Assembly (NCBI GenBank): GCA_949358305.1
Contig: OX442314.1
Coordinates: forward strand, 3,596,001 to 3,660,000
Source of the DNA: Strigamia acuminata
Lineage: Eukaryota
Length of the DNA: 64,000 nt
Direction of reading: 5' to 3'
Shown piece after piece: positions 47,901-60,057 of the stretch. Position numbers and translations under genes: made by a program. Below the pieces are notes generated by a model that was not told the DNA's origin, did no database searches, and worked only from the letters and a program-made list of their open reading frames with translations. The stretch's first letter is position 1. Every line of letters starts with the position of its first letter.

Positions 47901-49941
47901 ATTGGTTAATTTTGTTAAATATTGACGAATTTCGTAATCTTATAATTTTTCATGTTTGTTTGAATTGAAGCGCAGGTCTTTAATAACGCACGGGACCATT
48001 TATTTTTAAATAGCGCACGGGTGCGCTATTTACAGATAAACGGTATCCTCGATTTGTACACGTGTCTTCGGTGGGACAATTTTAGTTCACGAATAACGCG
48101 CGCGGGCCTCTGATCGTACACATGAGAAAATTTGTCCCCAGATAGCGTGTGGATGCACTATTTGGAGATATACGGTGTATAATTTCTATTTTTCTAATTC
48201 TAATTCACTCACCGTCCCTGCATCTCCAACGATGGCCTCCATTATTGCCCGCCTCTCTATCAGCCTATCCACCCGCCTCTCCACCACCCTCTCCACCACC
48301 CTCTCCACCAGCCTTTCGTGGTACAACACCACCCTGGACTCGGAGGGTTGAGACTCGCTGAATTCCGTGTCTTGGGATTCCTCCAGCATCGGCTCTGTTG
48401 GTTGCGATTGCGAGTCGTCCAGAATCGACTCCACTGGACGTCGTCGAGATGTGTCCATTGTGGCCTGATTAAAAACGAGCAAATATAATAAATAAAAAAA
48501 TAAAAATAAAAACAAAAAATAAAAATAAAAATAAAAAAATGAATAAAAATAGAAAAAGAAAAAGAAAAATCAATTAAAAGAAAAAAAAAAATGGGGGGGG
48601 GGGATGGGGGGGGGGGAGGGAAGGGAGTGGACACGTAAAACAAATTGAGACGCGGGGCGTCGAACGACAAAAAATTGGACGCGCGTGTTCGCGTATTTTC
48701 GCGCGCACAAACATGGGAGAATGGGTCACAATTGCGTCGATCGCGCCAGAACCAGCAACGAAAGCTTATCCTCGCAAAATTAATTTTGATTATGGGCCAA
48801 TTCTTTCACTCACCGCCGTCGACGCTTCCACAGTGACCAACCTCTCGTCCACGTGCGGTTCCGTGTCCTGGAACGATACGAATGTGTATGAATAAATCAG
48901 CGTTTAAAAAATAAATAAATAAAATAAAATAAAACAAAGAAAGTTTAGAAAAATGGAAAATAGCGGGTCCGTACCCCGGACCGTGCCCATTTCCACGCGG
49001 ATATTAGAATTTATTCCTATCCCGACGTGGCCCCTCTCCACGGATCTCAGATTTAATTGTCGGAAGAAAAATTTGATCACTACTTTGCAATTGGCATTCG
49101 ATGCTGTTAAATGGTTGGAGAATCGGGACCGTTTGTCATTGCTTAAAATTGGCACAGATAAGAGATCGCGCATAAATGGGACAAAAAAATTAAATTTAAA
49201 AAAATGAAATTTTTACACGTGATATGAATCAATTTTTAATGTCCGCGCGGAAATAAATAAATTATTTTCTATTTTTATTTCGCGAATTAGGCAGAAATAT
49301 TTATTTATTTATGTGTTTGTTTATCTATTTTTCATCAATAATAATAATAATAATAATATTGTTAATCGTGAGACAATTTTTCCACTCACCGTCATCGTGG
49401 TTGCAACTTCGGTTGACCCCTCCTCGGTTTCTAATTTTTCATTTTCCATCTTCCCACCTTCCGTCTCTTTGTTTGCGTCGGATGTCTGTAAGGGAGAGAA
49501 AATAAAAAATAAAAATAAAAATAAAAACATTTTTCGTTTGTGTCGGCATATTCCGCTCTAAACGCGCGATTTGAAAACGACCACAAATCCGTGCTCGACG
49601 ACGGTGCGTGGCAACGAGTGGACCAATACGGTATACACGTGTGCATATGAATCGATGAATCGTGTATAAATCAATAAATAAAAAATGTATACATTCGTCT
49701 AATTTTAATAAACCTCGTTCGCCGTCGATCGGGTAAAAATCATCCACGTTACACCGCAAACGCTCACTCACGTACACTCCCGCGACCAAACACAAAAATC
49801 CATGCGCGTTGTTCGACGACCACATGTGTGCACACGTACGACCACGGACGCGATTCATTGACAAAAATATCGCAAAAATTCGTAAAAGCCGCCCAAATTT
49901 ACCTGCGGAGACGCGACCGAGCATAAACTTCCCGCTTCCAT
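43688..49941 (-). CDS. 13-14-exon orphan nuclear protein: acidic repeats, ALDLS and PxVxL motifs, two C2H2/BED-like zinc fingers, acidic plus basic tail
   Basis: Hand-spliced from ATG 49941 through approximate exons 49485-49390, 48866-48813, 48463-48211, 47549-47457, 47108-47029, 46956-46284, 46009-45612, 45548-45273, 45165-45014, 44904-44485, 44396-44322 and 44251-43942; all GT-AG and in frame. Fingers CALC...YRHWRQHH and CPFC...LEDHWLVKH. Stop at 43938, or 43688 if a last intron is used. Confidence 0.7.
47634..48044. mobile_element. Degenerate Tc1/mariner-like MITE inside an intron
   Basis: TACAGTATATCTGT ... ACAGATAAACGGTA imperfect inverted ends; internal AATAGCGCACGGG-like repeats. Confidence 0.4.
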
Positions 49942-50364
49942 TTCCAGTTCATGTATGCTCGCTACCAGTTTGTTGACGCGACACCTGTTGGCGATTCCGC
50001 GAATGATTTTGATTCAAAGTCTCCGATTTACACCCGTTTTTAAGAGCTACGATGTTTTGGTTTTGGAGTCGGCTATGTGATCGTTTTTTAATTAAAAACG
50101 AAACAATTTTGGGTCAGACGATAATATTTTGGGCTCCGTTATAATTTCGAGCGCGCGATCGTGAGCGGGGTGCTGTGATGCCCACTTCACTCCAGTCGCG
50201 TTTAAACAAACCAACAAGTTCGGGTTTCTGTCCCCTTTACTCATTTGTTTATTTTGGAGTTTTTATCGTGGGTCAAAAACGTTGACCAGAGGCGACGTCA
50301 CATGTACAAAAGGGCAATAAAAGTACAAGTTTACTCGAATGGAGAAAACATTGCGTATATATAA

Positions 50365-50404
<40 letters not shown>

Positions 50405-52337
50405 TTATTTATTTACTGTCTACGCGCGGCCACATAAATAAATTCAATGGGAACCCCGTGGAATCGTGTGTTGCATTCACGCCCAATAGATGGCGTTGTT
50501 TATTTATTTATTTATTTATTTATTTATTTTAACTAATGCAGGTGTAACATCCGGTTGGTCCGGCGTGCGACGAGAGACTAGGCGGTGTTTAAGTTTGACT
50601 GTTTATTATCGACGAATAGAGTAAACAATAAGTAAATTCTTCGAAGACGGAGAACATCGGGAGAAGTGGGTAACACTAAAACTCGATTGAAACGGGCAAA
50701 AGACGGTAGAGAGGCGCTAATAAATCCGTTCGAGTGACATCGGGTCGTGAAAACGACCTAACTAGCTTCGATTAACTGGCAGGAACTAATAAACGTTTAT
50801 TCGAGTCGACAGTCTAAACGGGCATAAACTGTCTAAAAGTGATGGTGACGGGAGCAGTTCGGGACGGGAATTGGTAAAACCCGAAAACAGAGAAGACTCG
50901 CAACAAAAGCAATGGCCGCCGTTGGAAACGACGAGAAATAAGCGTCAGCGGATGAAGACAAACTAGGTCGGAGCCCGGGAGGAAAAAAAAGCCGCGAAAA
51001 CAAGCACAACAGGTGAGTAAAATTCGGATGCCTGAGTTCAAATAAATCCCGGGGAAATAAACTGAAGAGTGTACGTTTTTTCTAGGACAATAATGCGGGT
51101 CCATCGGGGAGAGAATAGGACGCACCGCGGTCCTCTCACAACTATATTGGAAATAGAAAGGGACAACGAGGACGCATTTGTCGACAACGAAGCGACAGAG
51201 AGTGGAAAATAGGAAAGGAAGGGCAATTAGATGAGTTCTTTTTACATCACATACTTCTGACAGCGTATTAAAAAACAGATTGTTCTCATTTTTGCAGGAA
51301 ACACGATGCGCAGACGGTTTGCTACGTGTCATTCTCGGTTGCTCGCGACAGGTGCCACACGGAGTCCTCGCGTCGTTCTTGCGTGTTGACACACATACAT
51401 ACTCGCGCGCGCATACACACAAGGCCATTCGAATCGATGTTACAGAATCTGGAAGAAATTTAACGAATTTGCGTGCATTGTTTTTCGCACAACGTTGCTG
51501 AAGGACCGTTCATCCATCGAAATTACGGGTGCATGTAGAAAAAAACTGATTTATGACTTTATTTCTATTTTTCATACAGGTTAACGATGTTAAACCGAGT
51601 GAAATAATGCGGATCGAATCTTTTTAATACGAGTTGATTTATTTGGTTTGAACGAATTGAATTAATTTATCTTGAATTTCAGGTGGAAGAAAAACAAGTG
51701 ACCGACTAGATATAAAATCGAGTGTTTCGCGACACCTGGAACGAAACGAGTTGTTGGATGGGTGAAATATGATCAGAAAATGTATAAATATTTGAATTTT
51801 AACCAGACGTTTTATGATTGCAGGATTTTGTTAAACTGATTGATTAATTGCAACCTAGACGTGGCGTGTTGCCTCCTAGTGGACGATGGTATCAGCTCCT
51901 GGTGCGTCAACAAGAAGGACGTGCAGTCTGTGTCTCCTCTACGACGACACCGAGTCTGGTCGCTCGAAATGCTCCGTTGCGATGCCGGGCAATGGGCCGC
52001 TCAGCACGTACACGCTCGTCGACGGCGCGCGTCCCATCGCTGCGGACCCGGGGTGCTGCAAGGAGAAGACAGGCAGACGGATAGATGGAATTAATAATTA
52101 AATTGAAAATTTGATTCAACTTTTGGGGTGACTAAAACTCAAAGACAAAGTTTGTAATTTACTCGCATCGAAAGATAAATTAGTTGTTGTTGTTGTTGTT
52201 GTTGTTTTTTTTTTTTTTTTTTTTTTTTTTTTCAAAATACTATTTATTAATAAAATGTTACACGATGATTGTTCCACATTGATTATTTGTTGATTATTTG
52301 TTTTACAATTACACTTTCAATTCTCGGTGAGCAGTTC

Positions 52338-53100
52338 TTTGCGTTCCGACGCGTCGCTATCGAGATTGATGTCGGGTCTCGTTCGATTGGCTGCGTTCAA
52401 ATCAATCAAAACTGTGAACACAGGGCCAACGCAAATCGCGAAATCCACACGCCCATCAATCAATCAACCACGGAGTTTAAATAAATGAATAAACAAATAA
52501 TTTAATAAATGAACAATGCCGACACCGCGGAAGCATGTTTCCGAACGTTTCGGTGCCGACGCGCATTCGTGAGTAAAGCGCATGTCGACTTACCGGCGAG
52601 ATCGCGTCACCCGTTAATAGTACGCGCGTTTGAACGCGGCCTAGTGCGCGACGAGGCGCGCAATGCGGGGTAGAAGAGCGGGCATCGTTTCCACCGCGTA
52701 TTACGACATTTACGGGGGCGGGTCGCAGGGATAAATTAACACGAGTCGAATCGAATCGAATCAACCCGACAGGAGCTTTTTTTTGGAACAATGTGTCGGG
52801 GCTGCCGGCGCTCGTCCGTCGACACCAGCTGCCCCTATTTGCCGCGAATGCGACCCTTTGCACGACCCTTTGTACCGTGCAAACCGGCACTGGTTTGGCC
52901 GATGACAACACAGGATAGATTAAAAGTGATGAGACAAATCCACCACCGGAACCCTCCGAATATCCGCGAGGACCCGGAACGGTCTGAAACCGTTTGTTTG
53001 TTTGTCTGTTTGTTTGCAAATCCATCGAACGTAGTGACGAAAACTCACTTCTCCTACGCTGGCGCGTCGAGTACAATGGGGTGAAAATAAAATCGTAAAC
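52338..53100 (+). repeat. Diverged direct repeat; partner at ~61173-61900
   Basis: Collinear blocks such as TTTGCGTTCCGACGCGTCGCTATCGA / TTTGCATTCCGACGCGTTGCTATCGA, GGGGTAGAAGAGCGGG, GATAAATTAACACGA and ATATCCGCGAGG.CCCGGAACG.TCTGA. Confidence 0.85.
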
Positions 53101-53398
53101 CAATAGAGGCGTTCGTGGCCTCGTTTCGTGCAACACTTGTCACCGATTTCTATTCTTTTATTTAACTCGACACGATCGTTTGCGCGCGGGATTTGACGCC
53201 CGTTCGCGTAATCCGCGTCCTTTAATGGACGCCAAAAATGTTTGTTGCGACGGTAGCGCGTTCTGGCGGCAATTTAGCGCAATGAAGCGCGATCACGGCG
53301 GACCAGAGAGAGAGAGAAAGAGAAATCGACACGACTCGACGGGAACTTATTTTTGGAACAAATTTATTGGGGGCTGCCGTCACCAGCTGCCCCGTATG

Positions 53399-53934
53399 TG
53401 TTGGTCAAAAGACCATTTTGTATCGATGAATACATTTGTTATTTCCTAGTTTTCCCTTTGTGTTTAGGTATACAGCGCATCTTTGTTATTATTTAATTGA
53501 TTTCGATGTTACCATTCGTTTTGCGCTGTCCCGTATGTAATTCCATACTTTTATCACTTTATGCTAGGATTTGTCCTATTATCAAATGATTTGTTCAAAC
53601 TTAATGTAAATTCCCGGCACTAGGTGCCACTACCCATTGCTTTTTCATCCAAGATGGCGTCATACACAGCCGTGTATGACTTAGCTGCTTTCCCACCTGT
53701 TTGGATACCTATTTGTAATGTATTACTATTTAATTAAACCGTTTTTATTGTTTTGCTCATTGTGTTTGATTTAAAGCACCTTTAGTGCTTCTTGCTAGCG
53801 CATATAAGCGGCATTAGGCCGCGCGCATTTCCGAAACGATACGCGTCGTATCGTTAACGTCTGTGCGGGTCGCACAGCGCCAATTCACGCTTTCAATCGG
53901 TTTACACCGATATTTTGCGCATTCTCTGCCTACA
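53399..53934 (+). repeat. 5' LTR
   Basis: TGTTGG...CCTACA; matches 60058-60593. Confidence 0.97.
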
Positions 53935-53935
53935 T

Positions 53936-53953
53936 TGGTAGCAGAGGATGGTT
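53936..53953 (+). promoter_or_regulatory. Primer-binding site for initiator tRNA-Met
   Basis: TGGTAGCAGAGGATGGTT is complementary to the 3' 18 nt of animal tRNA-iMet. Confidence 0.93.
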
Positions 53954-54843
53954 GTTGGTTAAACAACCACTCCATTCGCCTAATTTATCGACGTTTTTTC
54001 GCGAAATTCGCGAATTTGCGCCGATATTTTTATTTTCAGATTTTCGGCGGCCATTTTGTCTCGATTTTCGTCTCGCCTGCGACGCCGACGTTTTATCGAC
54101 GTTCACAGACGACCAGGGTCGTCAATCACACCATTATTTGTCTAATTTTCTCCGAAATTCCGCGGGATTCGCGAATTTCGAGAGAATTTCTTTCTTTTTG
54201 CAGATTTCACGTCGATTTTCGCTTCGCCAACGTCGAAGCGACGTTTTTCAACGAGAAACGGATCGAATTCCGCTGTGTATACCCCGGCGTATGCACAGTA
54301 TCGTCGATCTATTATTTTCCGGACGAAGAGCCTCGATTTATCGAGAAGAAATTCGGATTTTTCAATCCGAATTTGCGCTTTTTCCAGTTTTTCGAGAAAA
54401 CTGCGCCGTGCCTTCATTTGCACGAGGATCGCAACCGCGATCGATTCACCTATTTCTCCTTCTGTCGAAATACTATTGTTAATTTTAAGATATTATTAAG
54501 GCTTTTGGGGGTTCCTTTAGAATCGTGTTTGCCCTTGGATCGAGTCCGGTCAAGCTTACACGTATTCTCCGGTTGTGCTTGTCGTGGTACAAGTGAGGTT
54601 TCCCGCGGCTCCAGGAAGCCGATCGGACCCTCTCAGACTGGCAACCGGAGGTTATTTGATTCCTTCAGAAGGAATTGCCCAATTTGTGGTTTTTCGCCTC
54701 GAACACCGAGGGAACCGTGCAGTGAAGTGCTCCGAATTGTGAAAATTGTGAAAAGTGCTCCAATCTTGTGCGACATTTCAGCGCCTCTCTCTGAGTCAGT
54801 GTGATTTTCGCGTTGTGTTACGCTCTTCGCGAATCGATCTACG

Positions 54844-57800
54844 ATGCAGAAAGCGGCCAACTCGAACAGTTTAATTCCGGTTCTCGGTGTCGACAATTAT
54901 GAACAATGGCGATTGTCGATGCAGTTTCTCTTAAAATCGGAAGGGCTTTGGCGTCACGTAACGGAGGATAAGGAGGCAGAGCACATTGCCACCCTGACGC
55001 CAAAAGAACTTGATCGCTTTATGGTGAAGAAGGACAAGGCCCTAGGCCACATATACATCCATGTGAGCCCCGCCAAGCGTACAGTTTTGGAAACCTGTAA
55101 CACGCCAAAGGAGGCGTGGGACAAGTTGGCGAAAACCTACGCACCCAGCTCTAGAGCCCGTCAAGCGGCGATGCGCTGGGAGTTTCTCAGCCTCCAACTC
55201 CAACCTGGCGAAGATATGCCGGACTTCATTGCCCGCGTCGACAATTACGTGCGGCAACTAAGCGATGTCAACGAGATTATTAGCCCGGTTCACCACGCAT
55301 ACCAGTATTTGAAGTGTCTGCCGCCTGAATATGCTCAGGCAACATTTGCCATATACCACTGGCCGGATCCCCAATTCACGCCGAAGGATGTCGCCGAGCA
55401 GCTGATTTCCGAGCACATGCGGCTCAAATCCATCGGGTTGCTCGGAACGAGCCAATCATCAGCTCACACGTCTATGAAGGGACAATTCCGACCCCGAAAT
55501 AAATCCGGACCTCGTGATATCTCGACAGTGAAGTGTTTTAATTGCGACCAGCTCGGACATTACGCGAACCGATGTCCACGTCCACCCCGTCAACAACAGG
55601 GACAACCTACGGTTTCACTCCAACGTAATTCTCGGAGCAAGAGTCGCCGGCGCAACAAGAACGCTGCTGCGAAGGCCAACAACGCGCGTCCCCGAGAAAG
55701 CTCGCATCCACACCGAGAGGGGACATATTTTGTCAATGCGCCGCAGGTTATCCAACGTCCAGTCGCTCATTTTATGCAATCCAATGAGTGGATTCTGGAT
55801 TGCGGCGCTACAGATCACGTATCTCACGTGCGTGCCGGTTTCACCGAGTTCACCGATGTCATTCCATTCGACATCGAGTTGGGACAGGGAAAGTCCCAAG
55901 TGACGGGAAAAGGAACGGTTCGTTTGCTAATGGCGATCGATAAGACCCGGTGCACCGTGAATTTAACAAACGTCCTTTACGCGCCGAATTTCGAGGCAAA
56001 CTTGATTTCGGTTTCGAAGATAGACAAGGCGCGACATCATATCCACATTTTCAATAGTGAGATACATGTTTACGAATCGGACATTCGCAGCCCTCTTATT
56101 CGTGCAAACGAGAGAGGAGGTCTTTATTATGTGGACGGTTTGTGTACAAATCCGACATTTGCGACAACGGTTTCTCCCACTGTACAACCGACTCCAACGC
56201 TACCGCCGCAAATGTACGTGACTACGGAAGAGGATTTCATTAAAATTCCCAAACCGAAAAAGGGAAAAGGACAGCAACGAGAAATTACGGATTTTCGGAT
56301 TGAAATGCCGCTAGTTGAACCCGTGAAGCAAATTCCCGTCCAACAAGCTCCCATTCCAACCAATCCGATTCCTCCTCCTATCCCTACTCAAATCCACAAC
56401 GATTTGACCACCCTTCCTTCCTATGCGAATGCCCTACAGTCAATCCCAACGGCAACTCCTATTGCAATTCCAAATGCAAATTCCTTTCCTCCCCTTGGCA
56501 ACCCGTCTCAACCTAAAAAGAAGGTCATCGCCAATCCAGCCTCCGTCAAGGACGCCACCGGCTTATGGCATAGCCGTCTTGGCCACCTTCATACGAATGG
56601 AATGAAGCTATTGGCCGCAAACGACCAAGTTTACGGAATGTCACCAGGGGAAGTGAGCAGGGAATTGGCCTGCAACGACTGCAGAATAGCCAAATCGACA
56701 AAAGCTTCTCATAAGCCTGATCCTAATCCCTCGACTACGAAGCCTTTGGACCTTCTCCACATGGATATTTGGGGGCCAGCCCCAGTTCCATCGTTTGGAG
56801 GAGCACGTTTTGTCCTTACCGTCATCGACGACGCAACACGCTATTGCTGGATTATACCGCTAGCCCAGAAATCGCAGGTTTTCGCAACCTTTAAGGACTT
56901 CGTTGCTCGAGTTGAGAGAATCCAGGACACGCAAATAAAAGCGATTCGGACTGATCGAGGCGGAGAGTTTATGTCAAACGAGTTTCTCCGATATCTACAA
57001 GCCAAGGGCATCCAAGGTCAACGGACAAATCCGTCGTCACCACAGATGAACGGCACGGCCGAGCGCATAAACCGGACAATGGCCGACAACTTTCGTGCAG
57101 TCTTATCCGAGACTAAGTTGCCGGAGGCGCTCTGGGCCGAGCTAGCGGTCACGTTTGCCTACATCAAGAATCGGAGCCCTCATTCTCGACTTAACAATCA
57201 AGTTCCGTATATCCTTTGGCGACAGAGAGCCCTTTCGTTACGACATCTACGAAAAGTCGGTTCCAAGTGCTGGGTGCACTACACCGCACCAGGACGCAAG
57301 AAGCTGGATCCGCGGGCCTGGGAGGGATATTTAGTCGGCTACGCTTCAGGGACCCGTGGATACAGAATTTGGAACCCAACTGACAACCAAGTCTACGAAT
57401 CTATTCACGTTAAGATCGATGAGCGGCAGTCGTATCGGAAATCCATCAAAATTTCGACGCAGCAGCCGCAACAATCGTTTACTGGTCCCGGACAGCAAAC
57501 CGTTACATTTGATGATAACCTACATTACCATCAGTGGCCGAAAGGATCTGATTCCGAGGCGTCAGAACATTCTGCGAACGATTCCGAACGTGTGTCGACG
57601 GCATCCGCTTCGATGCACACGCCTCTGGCTTTTCCGCACATCCACATACCACCACCGACAACTCCGGAACGGGCATTGCTGGATTTATGTGCGACCTTAC
57701 CTCCGGGTTCTGCGTCTCTTCGACAATCCCATCATATTTCATATGAAGAGGAACGTGATACGGACCACGACATCCGAGAGATGGACGAATTGTCAATTTA

Positions 57801-59847
57801 TCCGGAAACATCCGAACACGTTGATGCGTCAGCGGAACAATCGGCACGACCATCGCCTCCGACAACTCCTCGTACATCCGCTCCGCCATCACCTCAGCGA
57901 TCGGCAGCGCCTTCTCTTCCCCGTGAAACACCGGTACCGACGCCGAGATTTATTACGACGCGTCGTCAGCAACGTGTTGATGATCAGGCTGCGCAAGGGT
58001 TGCAAATTTTCGACCCCGATCCCAATTCACCAGCGACTGCGCGCCACACTACTCATAAGTGGCGATTCGTCGGTGGAGATGGCGAGTGCCGTGAATGGGT
58101 ACGCGAGGAACACCTGAGAAAGGATCAAAAACCCGGGAAGATCTTAATTGATGTCTATTATTTTCCAACTCCGAAGATCCGTCTAAGATCTTATCACGAC
58201 ATCGAGGAGTATTGTATGTTGAACAATATTGATTACGACCCCGGACTGTTTTTCTTCGGTAATCTCGAACACAAATTGCCAACTCTTCCGGGCGTTCGTC
58301 ATGCGGCTCATCTGTGCCGAACCGAGCCGGCTTCATTCGCCGAAATTCCCAAGTTCAACGACGCTCCGAAATGGCGTGAAGCAATCGGAGAGGAACTCGA
58401 TATGTTCAAAGAGCGAGAAATCTATAAAGAAGTTCCCCGACCACCCGACACCACTATTCTTGGCTGCAAGTGGATTTTTAAACTCAAAACCGATGCAGCC
58501 GGAACCGTCACCCGATACCGAGCACGCTTAGTAGCACAAGGTTTTTATCAAACCCTCGGAGTCGATTTTGATGAGGTGTTTAGCCCAGTCGTGAACTTCA
58601 TATTGATCCGTCTGTTTTTCTGTCTTCTCGTCGTATTGCGTGGTTGGCAGGACGCCCACCTCGACGTGAAAGGTGCGTACCTGTACGGGGAATTAAAGCA
58701 TAACGTATACATGAGAATCCCTGCAGGTGCCACATGCACTGATCCAAATAACGTGTGGCTTCTTCTCAAATCGCTTTACGGCCTCCACCAATCCGGGAGA
58801 CAATGGTTCGAGAAACTTGACGAGACACTTCGGGCCCTCGGATTTCGAAGACTGCCAGCATGTAATTGTGTTTACGTGTTCGGGAATACAGCTGTTATGC
58901 TGGTCTACGTGGACGATATCGTCGTGTTTTACGCGTCCGACAGCGTTTTTAATCAGCTAATCCGTCTCATCTCTTCGAAATTCGATATAGTCAACCTCGG
59001 TCCAATCACGAAGTTATTAGGCGTCGAGTTTATCCGCGACGCCGGACGCACGTTCATAACGCAACGTGCTTATATCGCCAAACTGGTTAAGAAATTCGGG
59101 GCGTCGACCAATAATCTCGTCAAGACACCAGTGACCCCGGGAACGACACTCGTTAGAGGATCGACCGAAAACTTGGAAGATTTTCCATACCGATCTCTAA
59201 TCGGTTCACTTCTGTTTTTGGCATCGAGAACTCGTCCCGACATACTCTATTCCGTCATCGCTTTGGCACAGTACAACACGTGCTATAATCGAACCCACAT
59301 CCGCGCCCTGTTACAGGTTCTGCAGTACGTGGCAAACACTGCGGAGCTTTGCATCGAGTTATCCGGTTGCTCTTCTAGTCAACTATCTGCATTTACCGAC
59401 GCGTCGTGGGCAAGCGATCCGGAGACATCATTGAGCTTCGGAGGATACATCGTATACGTTGGAAATGTCCCTATTGGCTGGTCCTGTCGCAAACAGTCGA
59501 CCGTAGCGTGCTCAACCATGGAAGCTGAATTTATCGCCCTGGTTGAGTGCGTGAAGGAGATTTTCTGGCTCGACAGCGTGTACACCGAATTCCCGATTCT
59601 CAATCGTCTATCCCGACCTATCGTGTATTCGGACGCCCTGGCCTCGATTCAATTCACATCTAATGATATCGAGAACGCGAAGACGAAGCATATTCGCGTG
59701 AAGTTTCACTGGCTCAGGGAGTGGTTTACTGCGGGAGTCTTCGATCTTCGAAAGGTAGCCGGCGAAGCTAATACCGCCGACATATTCACAAAGTGGCTAT
59801 CTTCGGAACGTTTACGATCATTGATTTCGAAGATCTTCCGAGCATAA
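54844..59847 (+). CDS. Copia polyprotein: Gag - Zn knuckle - protease - integrase - MBD - RT - RNase H (1667 aa)
   Basis: CFNCDQLGHYANRC; WILDCGATDH; LWHSRLGH..C..C; HMDIWGP / RTDRGGEF / NGTAER; MBD-like WVREEHLRK...DVYY...LRS; LDVKGAYL, SLYGLHQSGR, YVDD; TDASWA, STMEAE, ADIFTK. Confidence 0.97.
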   Translation: MQKAANSNSLIPVLGVDNYEQWRLSMQFLLKSEGLWRHVTEDKEAEHIATLTPKELDRFMVKKDKALGHIYIHVSPAKRTVLETCNTPKEAWDKLAKTYAPSSRARQAAMRWEFLSLQLQPGEDMPDFIARVDNYVRQLSDVNEIISPVHHAYQYLKCLPPEYAQATFAIYHWPDPQFTPKDVAEQLISEHMRLKSIGLLGTSQSSAHTSMKGQFRPRNKSGPRDISTVKCFNCDQLGHYANRCPRPPRQQQGQPTVSLQRNSRSKSRRRNKNAAAKANNARPRESSHPHREGTYFVNAPQVIQRPVAHFMQSNEWILDCGATDHVSHVRAGFTEFTDVIPFDIELGQGKSQVTGKGTVRLLMAIDKTRCTVNLTNVLYAPNFEANLISVSKIDKARHHIHIFNSEIHVYESDIRSPLIRANERGGLYYVDGLCTNPTFATTVSPTVQPTPTLPPQMYVTTEEDFIKIPKPKKGKGQQREITDFRIEMPLVEPVKQIPVQQAPIPTNPIPPPIPTQIHNDLTTLPSYANALQSIPTATPIAIPNANSFPPLGNPSQPKKKVIANPASVKDATGLWHSRLGHLHTNGMKLLAANDQVYGMSPGEVSRELACNDCRIAKSTKASHKPDPNPSTTKPLDLLHMDIWGPAPVPSFGGARFVLTVIDDATRYCWIIPLAQKSQVFATFKDFVARVERIQDTQIKAIRTDRGGEFMSNEFLRYLQAKGIQGQRTNPSSPQMNGTAERINRTMADNFRAVLSETKLPEALWAELAVTFAYIKNRSPHSRLNNQVPYILWRQRALSLRHLRKVGSKCWVHYTAPGRKKLDPRAWEGYLVGYASGTRGYRIWNPTDNQVYESIHVKIDERQSYRKSIKISTQQPQQSFTGPGQQTVTFDDNLHYHQWPKGSDSEASEHSANDSERVSTASASMHTPLAFPHIHIPPPTTPERALLDLCATLPPGSASLRQSHHISYEEERDTDHDIREMDELSIYPETSEHVDASAEQSARPSPPTTPRTSAPPSPQRSAAPSLPRETPVPTPRFITTRRQQRVDDQAAQGLQIFDPDPNSPATARHTTHKWRFVGGDGECREWVREEHLRKDQKPGKILIDVYYFPTPKIRLRSYHDIEEYCMLNNIDYDPGLFFFGNLEHKLPTLPGVRHAAHLCRTEPASFAEIPKFNDAPKWREAIGEELDMFKEREIYKEVPRPPDTTILGCKWIFKLKTDAAGTVTRYRARLVAQGFYQTLGVDFDEVFSPVVNFILIRLFFCLLVVLRGWQDAHLDVKGAYLYGELKHNVYMRIPAGATCTDPNNVWLLLKSLYGLHQSGRQWFEKLDETLRALGFRRLPACNCVYVFGNTAVMLVYVDDIVVFYASDSVFNQLIRLISSKFDIVNLGPITKLLGVEFIRDAGRTFITQRAYIAKLVKKFGASTNNLVKTPVTPGTTLVRGSTENLEDFPYRSLIGSLLFLASRTRPDILYSVIALAQYNTCYNRTHIRALLQVLQYVANTAELCIELSGCSSSQLSAFTDASWASDPETSLSFGGYIVYVGNVPIGWSCRKQSTVACSTMEAEFIALVECVKEIFWLDSVYTEFPILNRLSRPIVYSDALASIQFTSNDIENAKTKHIRVKFHWLREWFTAGVFDLRKVAGEANTADIFTKWLSSERLRSLISKIFRA

Positions 59848-60045
59848 ACTTATCGTGACATTCCTAGTTTCTTTTCACCCGACTTCGAGGATCATCGGGT
59901 TTCTGTGGGAATACCGAGCTTAGTTAAGTGATAACCACGACAGTACCCGGCCCGATGGTTCGACTTTATCATCTTTTTTTTCTCAACGATTATCAACTGT
60001 AATTCCAGTTTACGTTCATCTTGTCCCCTGATAAATATTTCCATC

Positions 60046-60055
60046 GAAGAGGGGA
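60046..60055 (+). promoter_or_regulatory. Polypurine tract
   Basis: GAAGAGGGGA, 2 nt before the 3' LTR. Confidence 0.85.
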
Positions 60056-60057
60056 TT

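Noticed and set aside
50540..52100. Possible plus-strand spliced gene
   Set aside because: Splice-like sites exist, but I could not build a consistent open frame or recognise a domain.
53863..54804. 313-aa ORF upstream of gag as an extra (env-like) gene
   Set aside because: GTG start inside the LTR, crosses the PBS, has no recognisable motif; likely a by-product of the CpG-rich leader.
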